Both the position numbers and the translations under genes were made by a program. The notes under the pieces are model-generated. The model saw only the letters and a program-made list of their open reading frames with translations. It ran no database searches and was not told the DNA's origin. DNA of 64,000 nucleotides. Source: Octopus vulgaris. Its lineage: Eukaryota. Of this stretch, positions 51,465-64,000 are shown piece after piece. Positions within the stretch are counted from its first letter, which is position 1, and every line of letters starts with the position of its first letter. The stretch covers positions 23,870,001 to 23,934,000 of the forward strand of contig OX597820.1 in NCBI GenBank assembly GCA_951406725.2. The letters run 5' to 3'.

Positions 51465-52469
51465 ACACACACACACACACACATAATCTGATGCGCTTCA
51501 TATTTCAGCCGCAGGGCTTTGCTGGCCTTGTGGTGATGTTAAGAAGACACTTAACCAAAGTTGGAACAGGCTGAGTTCGTGCACGAGACTCGGAACCTGC
51601 AACCACGTGATTGCTAAGAAAACACCCATTTAAAGCAACGCAACAAGGCCTTTGACGACTCACGCGCACACACACACACACGTAAGCACGCATATACACA
51701 TGGAAGCTCACACATATACCCGCACGAGCGCATGCGCACGGATATGTGCTTTTGTTGTTGTTGTTGTTGTCGTTGTTGATATTTAAGCATCAATTGACTT
51801 GAACATTGTTGTGCGTTGTTCCTTTCGTTCGTTTCTTTCATTCAAATCACGTCTAGTTCATTTGATAACGCAACACGTCATCAACGAAGGATCTTTCCTG
51901 TGCAGTTATGTCACTCTATAACCTCCTTCTCCTCCTCGTGACGACGACTACGGCGGCACACCCCCATCATCACCATCACCATCACCATCGTCAACACTAA
52001 CCACCACCACCACCACCACCACCACCGCCGCCACCATCCAACTCCTCCCCCAGTTTCCCGTCATCAATCAATTTCTTTCTGTAGTTTTTTCTTTTTAAAT
52101 TTTCATTATACACCCCCCCATATCCTCCGCACATCTACGTCATTGGCTAATTCTCCAACACTTCTTAACCCATATCCTCCTCATCCTCCTCCTCGCCGCC
52201 GCCGTCGCCGCCACCACCACCACCACCACCACCACCACCACCACCACCACCACCATCACCTTCGTCATCTTTTTCTGATGCGCAATTTCCCCAACTGTTG
52301 CTGTCATTCTCAATATTTCTTCCAATTTTTCATCATCACGATCATCACCATCATCATCACCATCTTCATCATTATCATCATCACATCATCGTCGTCGTCG
52401 TCATCATCAACATCCTCTTTCTCATTATCATCATCATCATCACTACCTTCTAATTATTAGCAGCTATTT

Positions 52470-52685
52470 TGAAGGAGGGGACGAGTCGATTACATCGACC
52501 CTCGGTGTTCAACTGGTACTTATTTTATCAACCTCGAACGGATGAAAGGCAAAGTCGACCTCGTTCAAATTCCGCCGATGTCAACTTTGCCTTTTATCCT
52601 TTCGGGGGGTCGATAAAATAAGTACCAGTCGAGTACTGGGAGTCGATGTAAATTTCACGCCTTGTGCCTATAATAAAAAGGATCA
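52470..52685. mobile_element. Two truncated SINE family A pieces in inverted orientation
   Basis: Minus piece 52470-52562 abuts plus piece 52563-52685 ending in tail type 2 + (ATC)n. Confidence 0.75.
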
Positions 52686-52699
52686 TCATCATCATCATC

Positions 52700-53930
52700 A
52701 TCTTTTTATCACAGGTTTTGTTGGAACTACCGGAGTCTTGCATGCGCAGCAGGCTTTCTACTTGCAGCCTACGGTGCCAGGCTATTCGTTCTTTTCAGCT
52801 ATCTGATACTTTCCTGATTATTCTGACCGTGCCAAGGAGGCAAACCTTTTGTAACAGTTCTACTAGGCACTCTATTCCAATTTCCTTTATATTTCTCTTG
52901 ATGCCTTCTGACACTGTTCTTATGGGCCCAACAGTAATTGGCACTATCTTTACCATTTTCGTTTTCCATAGCAGGGCCATTTCGTACTTAAGAGGGTTGT
53001 ATTTATCTATTTTTTTTGCCTTCCTTCTTAACTATTCGAGGGTCAAAGGGGCATGCAACATCAACTATATTGCACATGTGGTGCATCTTGTCGACCACCA
53101 CTAGGTTCAGTCTATGTTCCAACACCTGATATGTTTGGATTGGGAAATCCCAGAGGATTTTGCTAGTCTCCGACTCCGCTACTCTCTGCGGTTTGTGTTC
53201 ATACCACATCTTGCCTCTCTCTAGCCCCCACTTTTCGTACAGTTTCCAGTGTAGCACTTACGCTACCTGATCGTGTCGCCACAACTTGTAATGGTTTTGG
53301 GCAAGTCTAAGGCATTCGTTCGCGATATGGCCAATGGTTTCATCCACTCTATTACAGATGCGGCACAGCGGAGACACTTGCTCATTCCTAAGGTTGACCT
53401 TCCAGTTCGTGGCCAAAGCTTGGTCTTGCGTTGCCAGTATAGTGCTCTCAGTCTCTCTGTTTTAGTGTTCCTTTCTTCAGCCATTACCACCTGTGTTTTC
53501 CAGCAATTTCTGTTGTGGTTACATGAAATTGATTGTGTAGTCTCTTCTTGCGTAATTGTTCTTCATGTCCATTTTGTACTTCTTTTGTTTTCCCTTTTTT
53601 CTCTGCTTTCAATACTCCCTCGTTTCCAATTGACACTAGCAAGGTTTCCTTGCTTTGGGCTAAGTATCGTATTCCGCTCTCGAGTTCGATACGTACGCAG
53701 TCTTCCACACTTATCAGTCCTCTTCCTCTATTTGCTCTTTTCATGTATAGGCGATCAGTTCTGCACGTGGATGATGGGTTCCATGCATTGTTAGGAGCTT
53801 TCTTGACTCCCTTTATCCCATCTGCTTTATCTCCTCCTCTGTCCACTTCAGGATTCCAGCACCATATCGAACTACTGCGACTGCGCTCGAGTTTATTGCC
53901 GAAGGTCAAGTCTGTCTTAGATTTTCCTGT
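52700..53930 (-). mobile_element. 5'-truncated R4/Dong-clade (RLE) non-LTR retrotransposon
   Basis: AINSSAVAVVRYGAGILKW, DRLYMKRANRGRGLISVED, CRIC..ETIGHIANEC..RHD, KILWDFPIQT, IVDVACPFD, LQKVCLLGT; 3' end on a (GAT)n tract. Confidence 0.9.
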
Positions 53931-54189
53931 TTCTTTAACGTTAAGGAAACAAAGAGTTTCCCGGTTTGATCAATTTCTATCGTCGATTTATTCCCCGCTG
54001 TGTGGAATGGTAGTCCTCCAACCCCTCAGATATATTATGCAATGCAATAGTAAACGTAGGTACCGGTCGATTATTTTCAATGGGCTGGCCGAGCCGATTC
54101 ACCAATGTCAACACATTCTTCTATTTGTACCTCACCTTCTGATACAGTGGAAACGAAATCCGGTTGGCGCGTGCGTAAACCTTTACTCT

Positions 54190-54560
54190 TTACTCTTTTA
54201 CTTGTTTCAGTCATTTGACTGTGGCCATGCTGGAGCACTGCTTTTAGTCGAACAAATCGACCCCAGGACTTATACTTTGTAAGCCTAGTACTTATTCTAT
54301 TGGTGTCTTTTGCCGAACCGCTAAGTTATGGGGACTTAAACACACCAGCATCGGTTGTCAAGCGATGTTGGGGGGACAAACACAGACACAGATACACACA
54401 CATACATACATACATACATACATACACACACACACATATATATACACGACGGGCTTCTTTCAGTTTCCGTCTACCAAATCCACACGACCCGAGGCTATAG
54501 TAGAAGACACTTGCCCAAGGTGCCACGTAGTGGGACTGAACCCAGAGCCATGTGGTTGGT
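54190..54560 (-). mobile_element. SINE family C
   Basis: Reverse-complement match with internal microsatellite. Confidence 0.85.
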
Positions 54561-54679
54561 AGAGAGGTAGTGAGGGACTATGTAAAATAATATTTTAATG
54601 CATACTTATAATTAATTACATCTGTTATATACATTTACCTATTTGTTAACGAATATACATGTATTCATACATACATATA

Positions 54680-55349
<670 letters not shown>

Positions 55350-55365
55350 TGATAATTTTTGATCC

Positions 55366-55517
55366 TGGGTGAAATTGAACCTCAGTCAAGGCTGCTCAAT
55401 GCTACTGTTTACATACATCTTTACCCACAAGACAATTGAAACAACAATTGTCTTGTGGGTAAAGATGTATGTAAACAGCAGCATTGAGCAGCCGAGACTG
55501 AGGTTCAATTTCACCCA
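55366..55517. repeat. Long hairpin, 73-bp arms, 6-nt loop
   Basis: Arms 55366-55438 and 55445-55517 with three mismatches; ATATATGAATGATA direct repeats at 55341 and 55541. Confidence 0.9.
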
Positions 55518-55581
55518 AGGCTTGCAAATTTGGTAGTTCTATATATGAATGATATACATATATATGAATTATATATATATA

Positions 55582-55627
<46 letters not shown>

Positions 55628-55636
55628 CACACACAG

Positions 55637-55667
<31 letters not shown>

Positions 55668-56699
55668 CGCACACATATATATGTATATACACCAAGGGTT
55701 TAAAATGGTTCTTTGCTCGATACATGGATGACAGAATCAAGCCCGGACAAATCGAAGTTCCACAAGGAAGAGTAAATAGAAGCAATTTACACCATAATTG
55801 TTACATTGTAGCAATTAGTGGAAATTGTAGCGCCGTCATCAAAGGAAATCTTCCTCATTTCTTTTGCAAATAACTTCAAGAATCCTATTAAATCTTCAAT
55901 GAATTTCTACGAGTCGATGGGATTTCAATAGTGATTTTCATTTCTTCTTCTTCTTCTTCTTCTTCTTCTTCTTCTTCTTCTTCTTCTTCTTCTTCTTCTT
56001 CTTCTTCTTCTTCTTCTCCCCCCTCCTCCTCCTCCGCCGCCGCCGCCGCCACCACCACCACCACCACCTTCCTCCTCTTTCCTACTCCTCAGCTTCATCG
56101 TCACCGTTGTCGTAATTTCTTCTTTTGACAATCCTCGCTACCACCATCGTCGTCATTATTATCTTCTTTCTTCTCCTCCTCATCCTTCTTCGTCTTCGTT
56201 GTCGTTATCATCATCATCATCCTCATCATCACCATCAAACTTTCCCTATCAAGAGCCACCAAAATCCTAAAGCGAAGCAGAACACTTTTCAAGCGAAAAA
56301 CGACCATGTGGCTTGACAGAAATACAACAGAAAGGCAGGCAGCTTCGTAACAGCTTGGCTTGTTACTATGGAAACAGGCACCTCTATGTCTATGGCTTTC
56401 GATTGGATAAACCTACACAAATTTTGAAAATTTAAAAAGCTCTTTAATTATTGATTGATGGCGAAATGAATTTCATGTCAATGACTACCATACAAAACTA
56501 CACCAAAGGACCCGATATGAAATCAATTGGAATAAAAGTTATAGAAATTGAAAAGTAGCTGCCGAACAGCAAAGATCCGATCTCTGTTTTAATAGGTGAC
56601 TTGAGAATAATTTTTATATCGTGCTAACAAATACGTAAAACCCCAGGACTTATAATTATGTATAACATACGGAAAATATACTGATAGGCACTGCATACA

Positions 56700-57254
56700 T
56701 CTATTATTTAAAATCCGTTCTGTCTGTCTCTGTGTGTGTGTGTCTTCTAGGATCTCGGGCATCCACCATCCGATTGCGCTCAAATTTGATATGTAGATAC
56801 CAACGGTATCAGGGCGTGTATAAGTCTTGAAAAAATTTGAAAAATCGATTCCAGGTGAGAATGCGATCGATAAAGCCGTGGTTTCGTGCATTTGTACGTG
56901 CAAGTACATCAGCTATTGCGATCGACACTACGCGTACGCAAGAAAAATGCACGTGCTGTGTGCGCAAAAAATGCTGGCTGGCTTGAAATAATGCCACAAA
57001 ATGAAGTATGTTTAAGAAACCAAAAAAGTAAGATGCAAAAGAGATATTTCTTCAAACTTGGCATGAAGGAAGGAAAGACTATTTGGTTTCTCAAGAAGTT
57101 GTTTTTTGCCTTAACTTCGTTTAACAAAACCAAAAATTTTATTGAAATAATGGCATGCTTAATTATTTTTTAATTATGAAAAGAAAACACTGATTGCTTT
57201 TTATTCAGCAGATATGATTCAGCACCGTCCATTGGACGGGGGGCGTTTTGCTCG
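56700..57254 (+). mobile_element. Non-autonomous Helitron
   Basis: A|TC start followed by (GTCT)n; 3' hairpin CCGTCC-ATT-GGACGG then CTCG|T (CTAG variant). Confidence 0.7.
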
Positions 57255-57392
57255 TATTACATAGATTACTTCCAATACAATAGAAAATTCAAAGTTCTTG
57301 CAAAGCACTGCATGTACTCAAGGCACATGTAGCGGCGCTCGTTAATGCAGTGAAACACTGCACTGAAAAAGAGACTGCTGTTGCTGCTGCTG

Positions 57393-57437
<45 letters not shown>

Positions 57438-57988
57438 TTTTTTTATATAAAATGGGTAATCATTTTATAGGTATAAGGGAATGATAGAATATGTTTTTAT
57501 CATCAACCTTAAGTATATTAAGGATATAAAGCAATTTGACATCAATGACGTACGTTGAAGGAGAAAAAGAAAATGGAGGAAACGAAGAAGGGTTTAGGGT
57601 TAATGTAAGGTGAAGGAGAAAACAATAAAGAATAAGAATAAGGAAAAGAAGGAAAGAAGGATAAGTAGAAGGAATGGCGAACAGAAAACCGGAAAAAGAA
57701 GAAAAAGAAAAGAAGAAAGCTTAGAAGAAAAGTAAGAAGAAAAAAAAAAAAAAGAAACGGAATAGAAAAGAAATAGGAAGAAGTTTGAAAAAACAAACAA
57801 AAGTAACAAACAAAAGAAGGAGGGAAACAAAACAAGAAGAACAGAAAAAATTCTTCTAACAACACAAAAAGAAATAAAATTAAAATGTCGAGTTATTGTT
57901 CAAAAGACTTTAAAGACAAAATACATTCTATTGTCTTTTATAAACAGCTTTTAACAAATACCCACACGCACACACGCACATATACATA

Positions 57989-58021
<33 letters not shown>

Positions 58022-58065
58022 CACATATGCATGCATATACACACATACACATACGCACACACCCA

Positions 58066-58109
<44 letters not shown>

Positions 58110-58933
58110 ATATATATATATCGAAACGTTAAAGACTTGTTTTATATATATATATATACATACATACATACATACATACATACATACATTCATACAATCA
58201 CACGTATATATGCACACACACCAATTGAAATTCGAACCGTGTGAGAACAAACAAACGACATCACTTCTTTAGTCTTTTATTCTGGATGTCTTTCACATTA
58301 TAAACATATTCACCCGTGCAACTATTCTGTCGTTCACCTTCACTTCTAACACATTCATTCCTTTATTCCCTTATTTCCTTAATTCAATCTTCCTCTCGTT
58401 CTTGTTTTGTATTTTAAATTTCTATCGATTTGTGGAGATTTAAAAAAAAAAAAAGAAATTCTTCAATTCTCTTTTCGTTTCCTTCTTAGTATAATAGTCA
58501 ACTGTCATAGAATACACACTTACTTATCACTGCTTACACTTAACATTCTTTAATTCAGCCGGGATTAATAAGAAGAAAAACAAAAATACGGACAAATCCA
58601 CCACAAATCATCAGCTGCGTGAAAGGTAGCTTATTCGAAAATCCTATTTTTCGCCTCAAACATCGTATGGAAACTACGAGAGTCTCATAAAATACTCTTC
58701 CAACCAGCGTAAAAGCCTCTAAGTGGTTGCTTAACCTGCTAGAAATATCAGCTAAATATCGCTCAAATTACACGCTACTTACTATATTTCTGTTCAAATA
58801 CAGTCTTTGTTTCAATAAATTTCGCAAATAGTAAAGAATTTATCTTTTATCTTTTACTTGTTTCAATCATTAGACTGCGGCCATGCTGGAGCACGGCCTT
58901 CAAGAATATTTTAGTCAAACGAATCGAACCCAG

Positions 58934-59970
58934 AGATCTAGACTTTTTCATTCGCAAAATATGTATTTTTTTTAAAAAACAGTAAAAAATCTGAAAATCA
59001 GCTATAATAGTAAAGTTTTTCAGTCTAATTGATATGTTGTTGAGAAAAAATTGGAGGAAAAATTGTGTATTTTTAGCCAATAGCGAGACAGAAATTTTCT
59101 GCGTTAAGCGGAGCAGTGTCAACTTTAAGGTTGTACCCTATGAAATTTATAGTTTAGCGTCTGTGAAATGACCTATTCGTTGTAGGTTTCTAAATAAACA
59201 GAAATACCTAATAAAATCATGTTACTGTTTCTTTTGTCTCTTCATTGATTGTGTGTTTTTATTATTTAAAAAAAATTGTTATATTAATATATTTGTCTGC
59301 ATGTGTTTGCTTTATGCGTATTTCAGTATTATGTATACCTGTAATGTATTTGTGTACATCATTAATATATAAGTGCATGTGTCTCCAAAACTTCAAAGTT
59401 GAGTAACATTTTCATGTTTGGATTTGTAAACTACGATAAGAATAACACTTGTCAACAAAGAATTTGTCCCAAGAAAAAGAATACCTGTATCATATATGTT
59501 TTTGCATACAATTCAAAAATAAATTCAAATTATCTGTACTAAGTTCACATGTTCCATTCACTTTCATAATGCCAAGAAACTGTATAAACATCGCAAACAA
59601 CTTTTGCTATATATAAAAATATGTAAATATTAAGACAATCGACGAAAAATATCTATAATAAAATTCTAATTGATAAATATAGATTTTTATTCAAACAAAA
59701 CACGCAGGTGAAGTAAATCTCGTGGTGTGATGAATCAACACAGGCGGGGGAAACACAACGCAACGTGCGGTTGTCATAGTAACAAGCTGTTAATGCCTCG
59801 CTGTCTGTTGATTGGCTTAAATTACATATTTCCCAAATTTAATTCTAAATAACATCAGATTTTTTAATTTACGAGATAAAGTAATTGGTTGATCGTAACC
59901 AAAATTCAGAGTTGCACTGATAAACCAAAATTGAAAGCAATCTGAGCAAAATTAAAGTGGGACTAGATCT
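58934..59970. mobile_element. ~1-kb non-autonomous DNA transposon inserted in a family C SINE
   Basis: Termini AGATCTAG...CTAGATCT; 8-bp TSD GAACCCAG/GACCCCAG; SINE halves at 58845-58933 and 59971-60115. Confidence 0.75.
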
Positions 59971-60120
59971 GACCCCAGTACTTAAATTTAAAGAACTAAT
60001 ACTTATTCTAGCGGTCAGTTTTGGCGAACCGCTAAGTTACGGGGACCTGAACGCACCAACGCTAGTTGTCAAACGGTAGCTGGGGAGAGGATAAATACAG
60101 ATACAAAGACACACATGTTA

Positions 60121-60343
60121 CAGTAATCCCTCGACTATCGCGATAGTTGAAAATCCGCGAAGTAGAAACAGTACTGTATATTTATTATTATTATTATTTT
60201 TATAACTTGTATATATTTATTTTATTATAAATACATAAGAACACCACGGGGGAATCGACGCAAGCTTAAATAATAAACCGCGATAGGTGAGCCGCGATAG
60301 ATGAACTGCAATAAATGAACCGTGATATGGCAAGGGATTACAG
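60121..60343. mobile_element. pogo/Tigger-like MITE
   Basis: TA|CAGTAATCCCTCG ... CAAGGGATTACAG|TA. Confidence 0.8.
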
Positions 60344-60382
<39 letters not shown>

Positions 60383-60574
60383 TTATAAATAATAGATAAT
60401 TATAATAGAGGGTACACGAAGTATCAGCTTGCTAGAAATAAGAGTTAAAATTCTCAAATAAGCCACCAAACTCACTGAAAAATCATAGCAGACCAGCAGA
60501 AATCGGACAAATGAGCAAAGAAGAATTTGACACATTAAATCAACTGAAAGTTGTGGAATTAGGTAATTAGATAT

Positions 60575-60627
60575 ACCTGTATCATGATTTCGAATTCTGG
60601 ATTATTCCTCAATTCTCATCAGCAGGT
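60575..60627 (-). ncRNA. Type I hammerhead ribozyme, intact core
   Basis: ACCUG-CUGAUGA-GAAUU(gaggaauaauccag)AAUUC-GAAA-UCAUGA-UA-CAGGU; stem I 5 bp, stem II 5 bp plus inner GGA/UCC, palindromic helix III. Confidence 0.8.
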
Positions 60628-61034
60628 CTTACTAGATACCTAGGGTCAAAAACCTACTCGTCGTTCTGCATCCGTTAAGTGTTGAACAGATTTAAATACG
60701 ACAGGCTTCCTTCAGTTTCCGTCTACCAAATCCACTCACAAGGCCTGAGGTTATAGTAGAAGACATTTGCCCAAGGTACCACACAGTGGGAGTGAACATG
60801 GGACTATGAATGGTCTTCTTACCATACACCCACGCATGCTCCTAATTTAGTAAAATAACTTTGTCATACCAAGCTACTGTTCGGAACATAAATTCACTTG
60901 TTAGCTTTCATGGAAAGTTTTAATTTAAATCACTTTGAAATTAGAAGTTTATATAAAACCAGAAGCGGCCCGAGGCGGGTTGGTATCAAAAGAATTAAGT
61001 AAAAATTAAGGGTATATATGATACTCTCTTTTCC

Positions 61035-61240
61035 TTTTTCTCTTTTACTTGTTTCAGTCATTTGACTGTGGCCATGCTGGAGCACCGCCTTTAGTCGAGC
61101 AAATCGACCCCAGGACTTATTCTTTGGAAGCTTTGTATTTATTCTATCGGTCTCTTTTGCCGAACCGCTAGGTTACGGAGGACGTAAACACACCAGCATC
61201 GTTTGTCAAGCGATGTTGGGGGACAAACACAGACACACAA

Positions 61241-61275
<35 letters not shown>

Positions 61276-61440
61276 CAACGGGCTTCTTTAAGTTTCCGTC
61301 TACCAAATCCACTCACAAGGCTTTGGCCGGTCCGAGGCTATAGTAGAAGACACTTGCCCAAGGTGCCACGCAGTGTGACTGAACCCAGAACCATGTGGTT
61401 TGTAAGCAAGCTACTTACCACACAGTCACTCTTACGCCTA
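61035..61440 (-). mobile_element. SINE family C, full length
   Basis: Reverse-complement match to 30122-30536 including the tail. Confidence 0.9.
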
Positions 61441-61777
61441 TGATAAAGAAATTTTTGTCACACATTGCGTTAAAAATGAGAAAATGTTCCCAAATAGGAT
61501 ACCTTTTATCGCATGTCTGGTCGATGAAGACTGATATAGTGACAAATAACAAATACCACGCAAGGAATAAACTTGTTTTAATTTATATCTTACTATATCA
61601 GAAGAACTATAGCATTTTGGCAGTGACAAAGGCTTTTACAAAGACAAATTATTAAGTGCTACTTTAGCGTACAATTTACAGCAGTATTTGCGGTCTACGT
61701 TGTGAAATGACCGGATAAGGATTAGCTTTAGGGTTAGGTTTACAGTTAGGATTTAGGATTAGGGTTAAATTGCAGAA

Positions 61778-62280
61778 GTGGAGGCGCGTGGCTTAGTGGT
61801 TAGGGTGCCAGCATCATGATCGTAAGATTGTGGTTTCGATTCCTGAACCGGGCGACACGTTGTGTTCTTGAGCAAAACACTTCATTTCATGTTGCTCCAG
61901 TTCACTCAGCTAGCAAAAGTGAGTAATGCTATGATGGATTGGCGTCCTGTCCAGCTGGGGAACACGTACGCCATAGAAACCGGGAAACCGGGCCCATGAG
62001 CCTGGCTAGGCTTTATGGGCGCATTTGTGGAGGCGCGTGGCTTAGTGGTTAGGGTGTCAGCATCATGATCGTAAGATTGTGGTTTCGATTCCTGGACTGG
62101 GCGACGCGTCGTGTTCTTGAGCAAAACACTTCATTTCACGTTGCTTCAGTCCACTCAGCTGGCAAAAATGAGTAACGCTGCGATGGACTGGCGTCCCATC
62201 CAGCTGGGGAACACATACGCCATAGAAACCGGGAAACCGGGCCCATGAGCCTGGCTAGGCTTTAAAAGGGTGCATTTATT
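61778..62280 (+). mobile_element. SINE family B tandem dimer
   Basis: Two units like 37670-38176, inserted beside TTAGGG-like repeats; TTAAATTG(C/T)AG flanks. Confidence 0.9.
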
Positions 62281-63034
62281 ATTATTTTATTAAATTGTAG
62301 GTTAAAGTGTAAATGGATTGGTAGGCTACACGCTTTTAAAATTGTACCGATTATCTAGTGTATATTTTTGTATAGGAGTGAGGTAGGTAAATAGTAATAA
62401 TGGACATCAAGCCGGAAGGGTAAATGTCTGAGGGTGGGTGGGTCGGAATAGGAATAACTAACGTAGAGGATTATTTGTTGGTTGGAAGTATTTTAAAGTT
62501 GTTATTGTTTAACCCCAGATCAGCACTCAATACCAGAGCTGAAGACTTTCCTGAAAGAGGGAGACCTGTCTCGTCGAAAACAGTAGAGAAGTAGGGATCG
62601 AAACCGGACGTGGTTCCTCCTGATGATGTCTTTAGCCACTGGATCCTATAAAGTAGTTGTTGAGGTAATGAACCACGAAACGTGGTTGGAATTCCTCAGG
62701 GTGTGGTGGAGTGATCGACAGTCTATACATTGACACAACTTTTATTTTGTTGTCAAGCGGTCTTTTGCCACTTTTGTATCTGTCTTTTGACGACGGTTGT
62801 CACTCTGAGAGATATTGTAATATTCTGAAGTCGTCGACAGAATAGTTCTATCTAGCACTGTACGACTCCCAGTGATATAATTACTATATCAGCATAGATA
62901 CGACTATCAACACAATCTACACGTACTCTCGACCTTCTGACCTTCTCGACCTTCCACTGTCGACCGGTTACTGGTCTATTTATAATGGCTGGCTACTACC
63001 ACTTTTTACCGGGAGAGGCGTACAGTTTCACTAT

Positions 63035-63260
63035 ACAAACAGCAGTAATTTTATTCAGCTGAATACACGTCATTGATTGGTTGAAATTACCGAAATACGA
63101 CAACTTTAACACGAAATAACTTCATAATTATACATTTTTCTCAAAAACGCTAAGAGTAAAAGATGTTTTATATGACACATTCTACCAGTATACGAAGTTT
63201 GATAATGTTTAGTTACAAAAAAATTATTTCCTAAATCTGCCAGTCAAAAGGTAAAGATCC
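63035..63260. mobile_element. One arm of the Merlin-like MITE family seen at 2557-3096
   Basis: Ends AAAAGGTAAAGATCC; colinear with the 2557-2780 arm. Confidence 0.8.
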
Positions 63261-63577
63261 AAAAATATATATGCGAGTATGAGCGCGCATGGCCGTGTGG
63301 CACTCACGATCGCGACGTCGTGGTTTCAATTCGTGGACTGGACGGTGCGCTGTGTTCTTGAGCAATGCACTTCGTCTCATACTGCTCTGCGATCACTTAG
63401 ACACCTAACATGTGGTACACTGGGCACCTGACAACGTCGATTTAATGGAGGGAGTGAGAAAACATGCAGCGCATACATCTGATCTTTATAAACACATCAT
63501 TTATGCAGGTTGTTCTGCAAGAAATTGCAGAACCGTCCTTCCCGGACGTCGAGAGACTACCTCCCTCATATGCAAAT

Positions 63578-63980
63578 ATAATCCTTTCTATTATAGGCAC
63601 AAGGCCTGAAATTGGGGAAGGTGGATAGTCAATTACATCGACCCCAGTACTCAACTGGTACTTAATTTATCGACCCCGAAAGGATGAAAGGTAAAGTCGA
63701 CCTCGGAAGAATTTGAACGTAGCGGCAGACGAAATACCGCTAAGTATTACGCATGGCATGCTAACGATTCTTTCCTAATCTAGGCACAAAGCCCGAAATT
63801 TTTGGGGAGGGGGCCAGTCGATTAGATCGACCCCAGTACGCAACTGGTACTTAATTTATCGCCCACGAAAGGATGAAAGGCAAAGTCGACCTCGGCAGAA
63901 TTTGAACTCAGAACGTAAAGACAGACGAAATACGGCTACGCATTTCGCCCGGCATGCTAACGTTTCTGCCAGCTTGCCTT
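63578..63980 (-). mobile_element. SINE family A dimer (tail type 2)
   Basis: Two units; CTCATATGCA(A/G)ATATAAT flanking duplication. Confidence 0.85.
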
Positions 63981-64000
63981 CTCATATGCAGATATAATGG

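Noticed and set aside
51600-52460. GC-rich trinucleotide region with GCGCATGCGC and ATTGG motifs and a His/Arg-rich ORF
   Set aside because: Explained by simple repeats; no linked exon evidence.
61718-61768. Telomere or telomere-fusion relic
   Set aside because: Only a few degenerate TTAGGG units, like those inside MITEs here.
62530-63030. Possible LTR or transposase remnant
   Set aside because: No TG..CA boundaries, TSD, PBS or translatable motif could be identified.

Overview
Eukaryotic, AT-rich, microsatellite-dense DNA made almost entirely of interspersed repeats. The SINE/LINE repertoire looks like an octopus (cephalopod) genome; this is an inference, not database-checked. The one supportable host gene is a FANCF-like gene on the minus strand, with four in-frame coding exons at 5489-1226 that continue off the left edge. 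Vertebrate FANCF is intronless, so the introns are notable. The rest is transposable-element material. It includes a degraded Tx1/L1-like LINE (13255-17808) joined head-to-tail to a related ORF1-only element (17809-19708) whose 3' tail is shared with an abundant SINE. There are also R4/Dong, CR1 and RTE remnants, mariner/maT relics, Merlin-, hAT-, piggyBac- and Tigger-type MITEs, Helitrons, and three modular tRNA-SINE families that often occur as tandem multimers. Penelope-like fragments carry hammerhead ribozyme motifs, one with an intact core (60575-60627, minus). Most ORFs in the supplied track are microsatellite or repeat artefacts. All assignments come from reading the sequence by eye.
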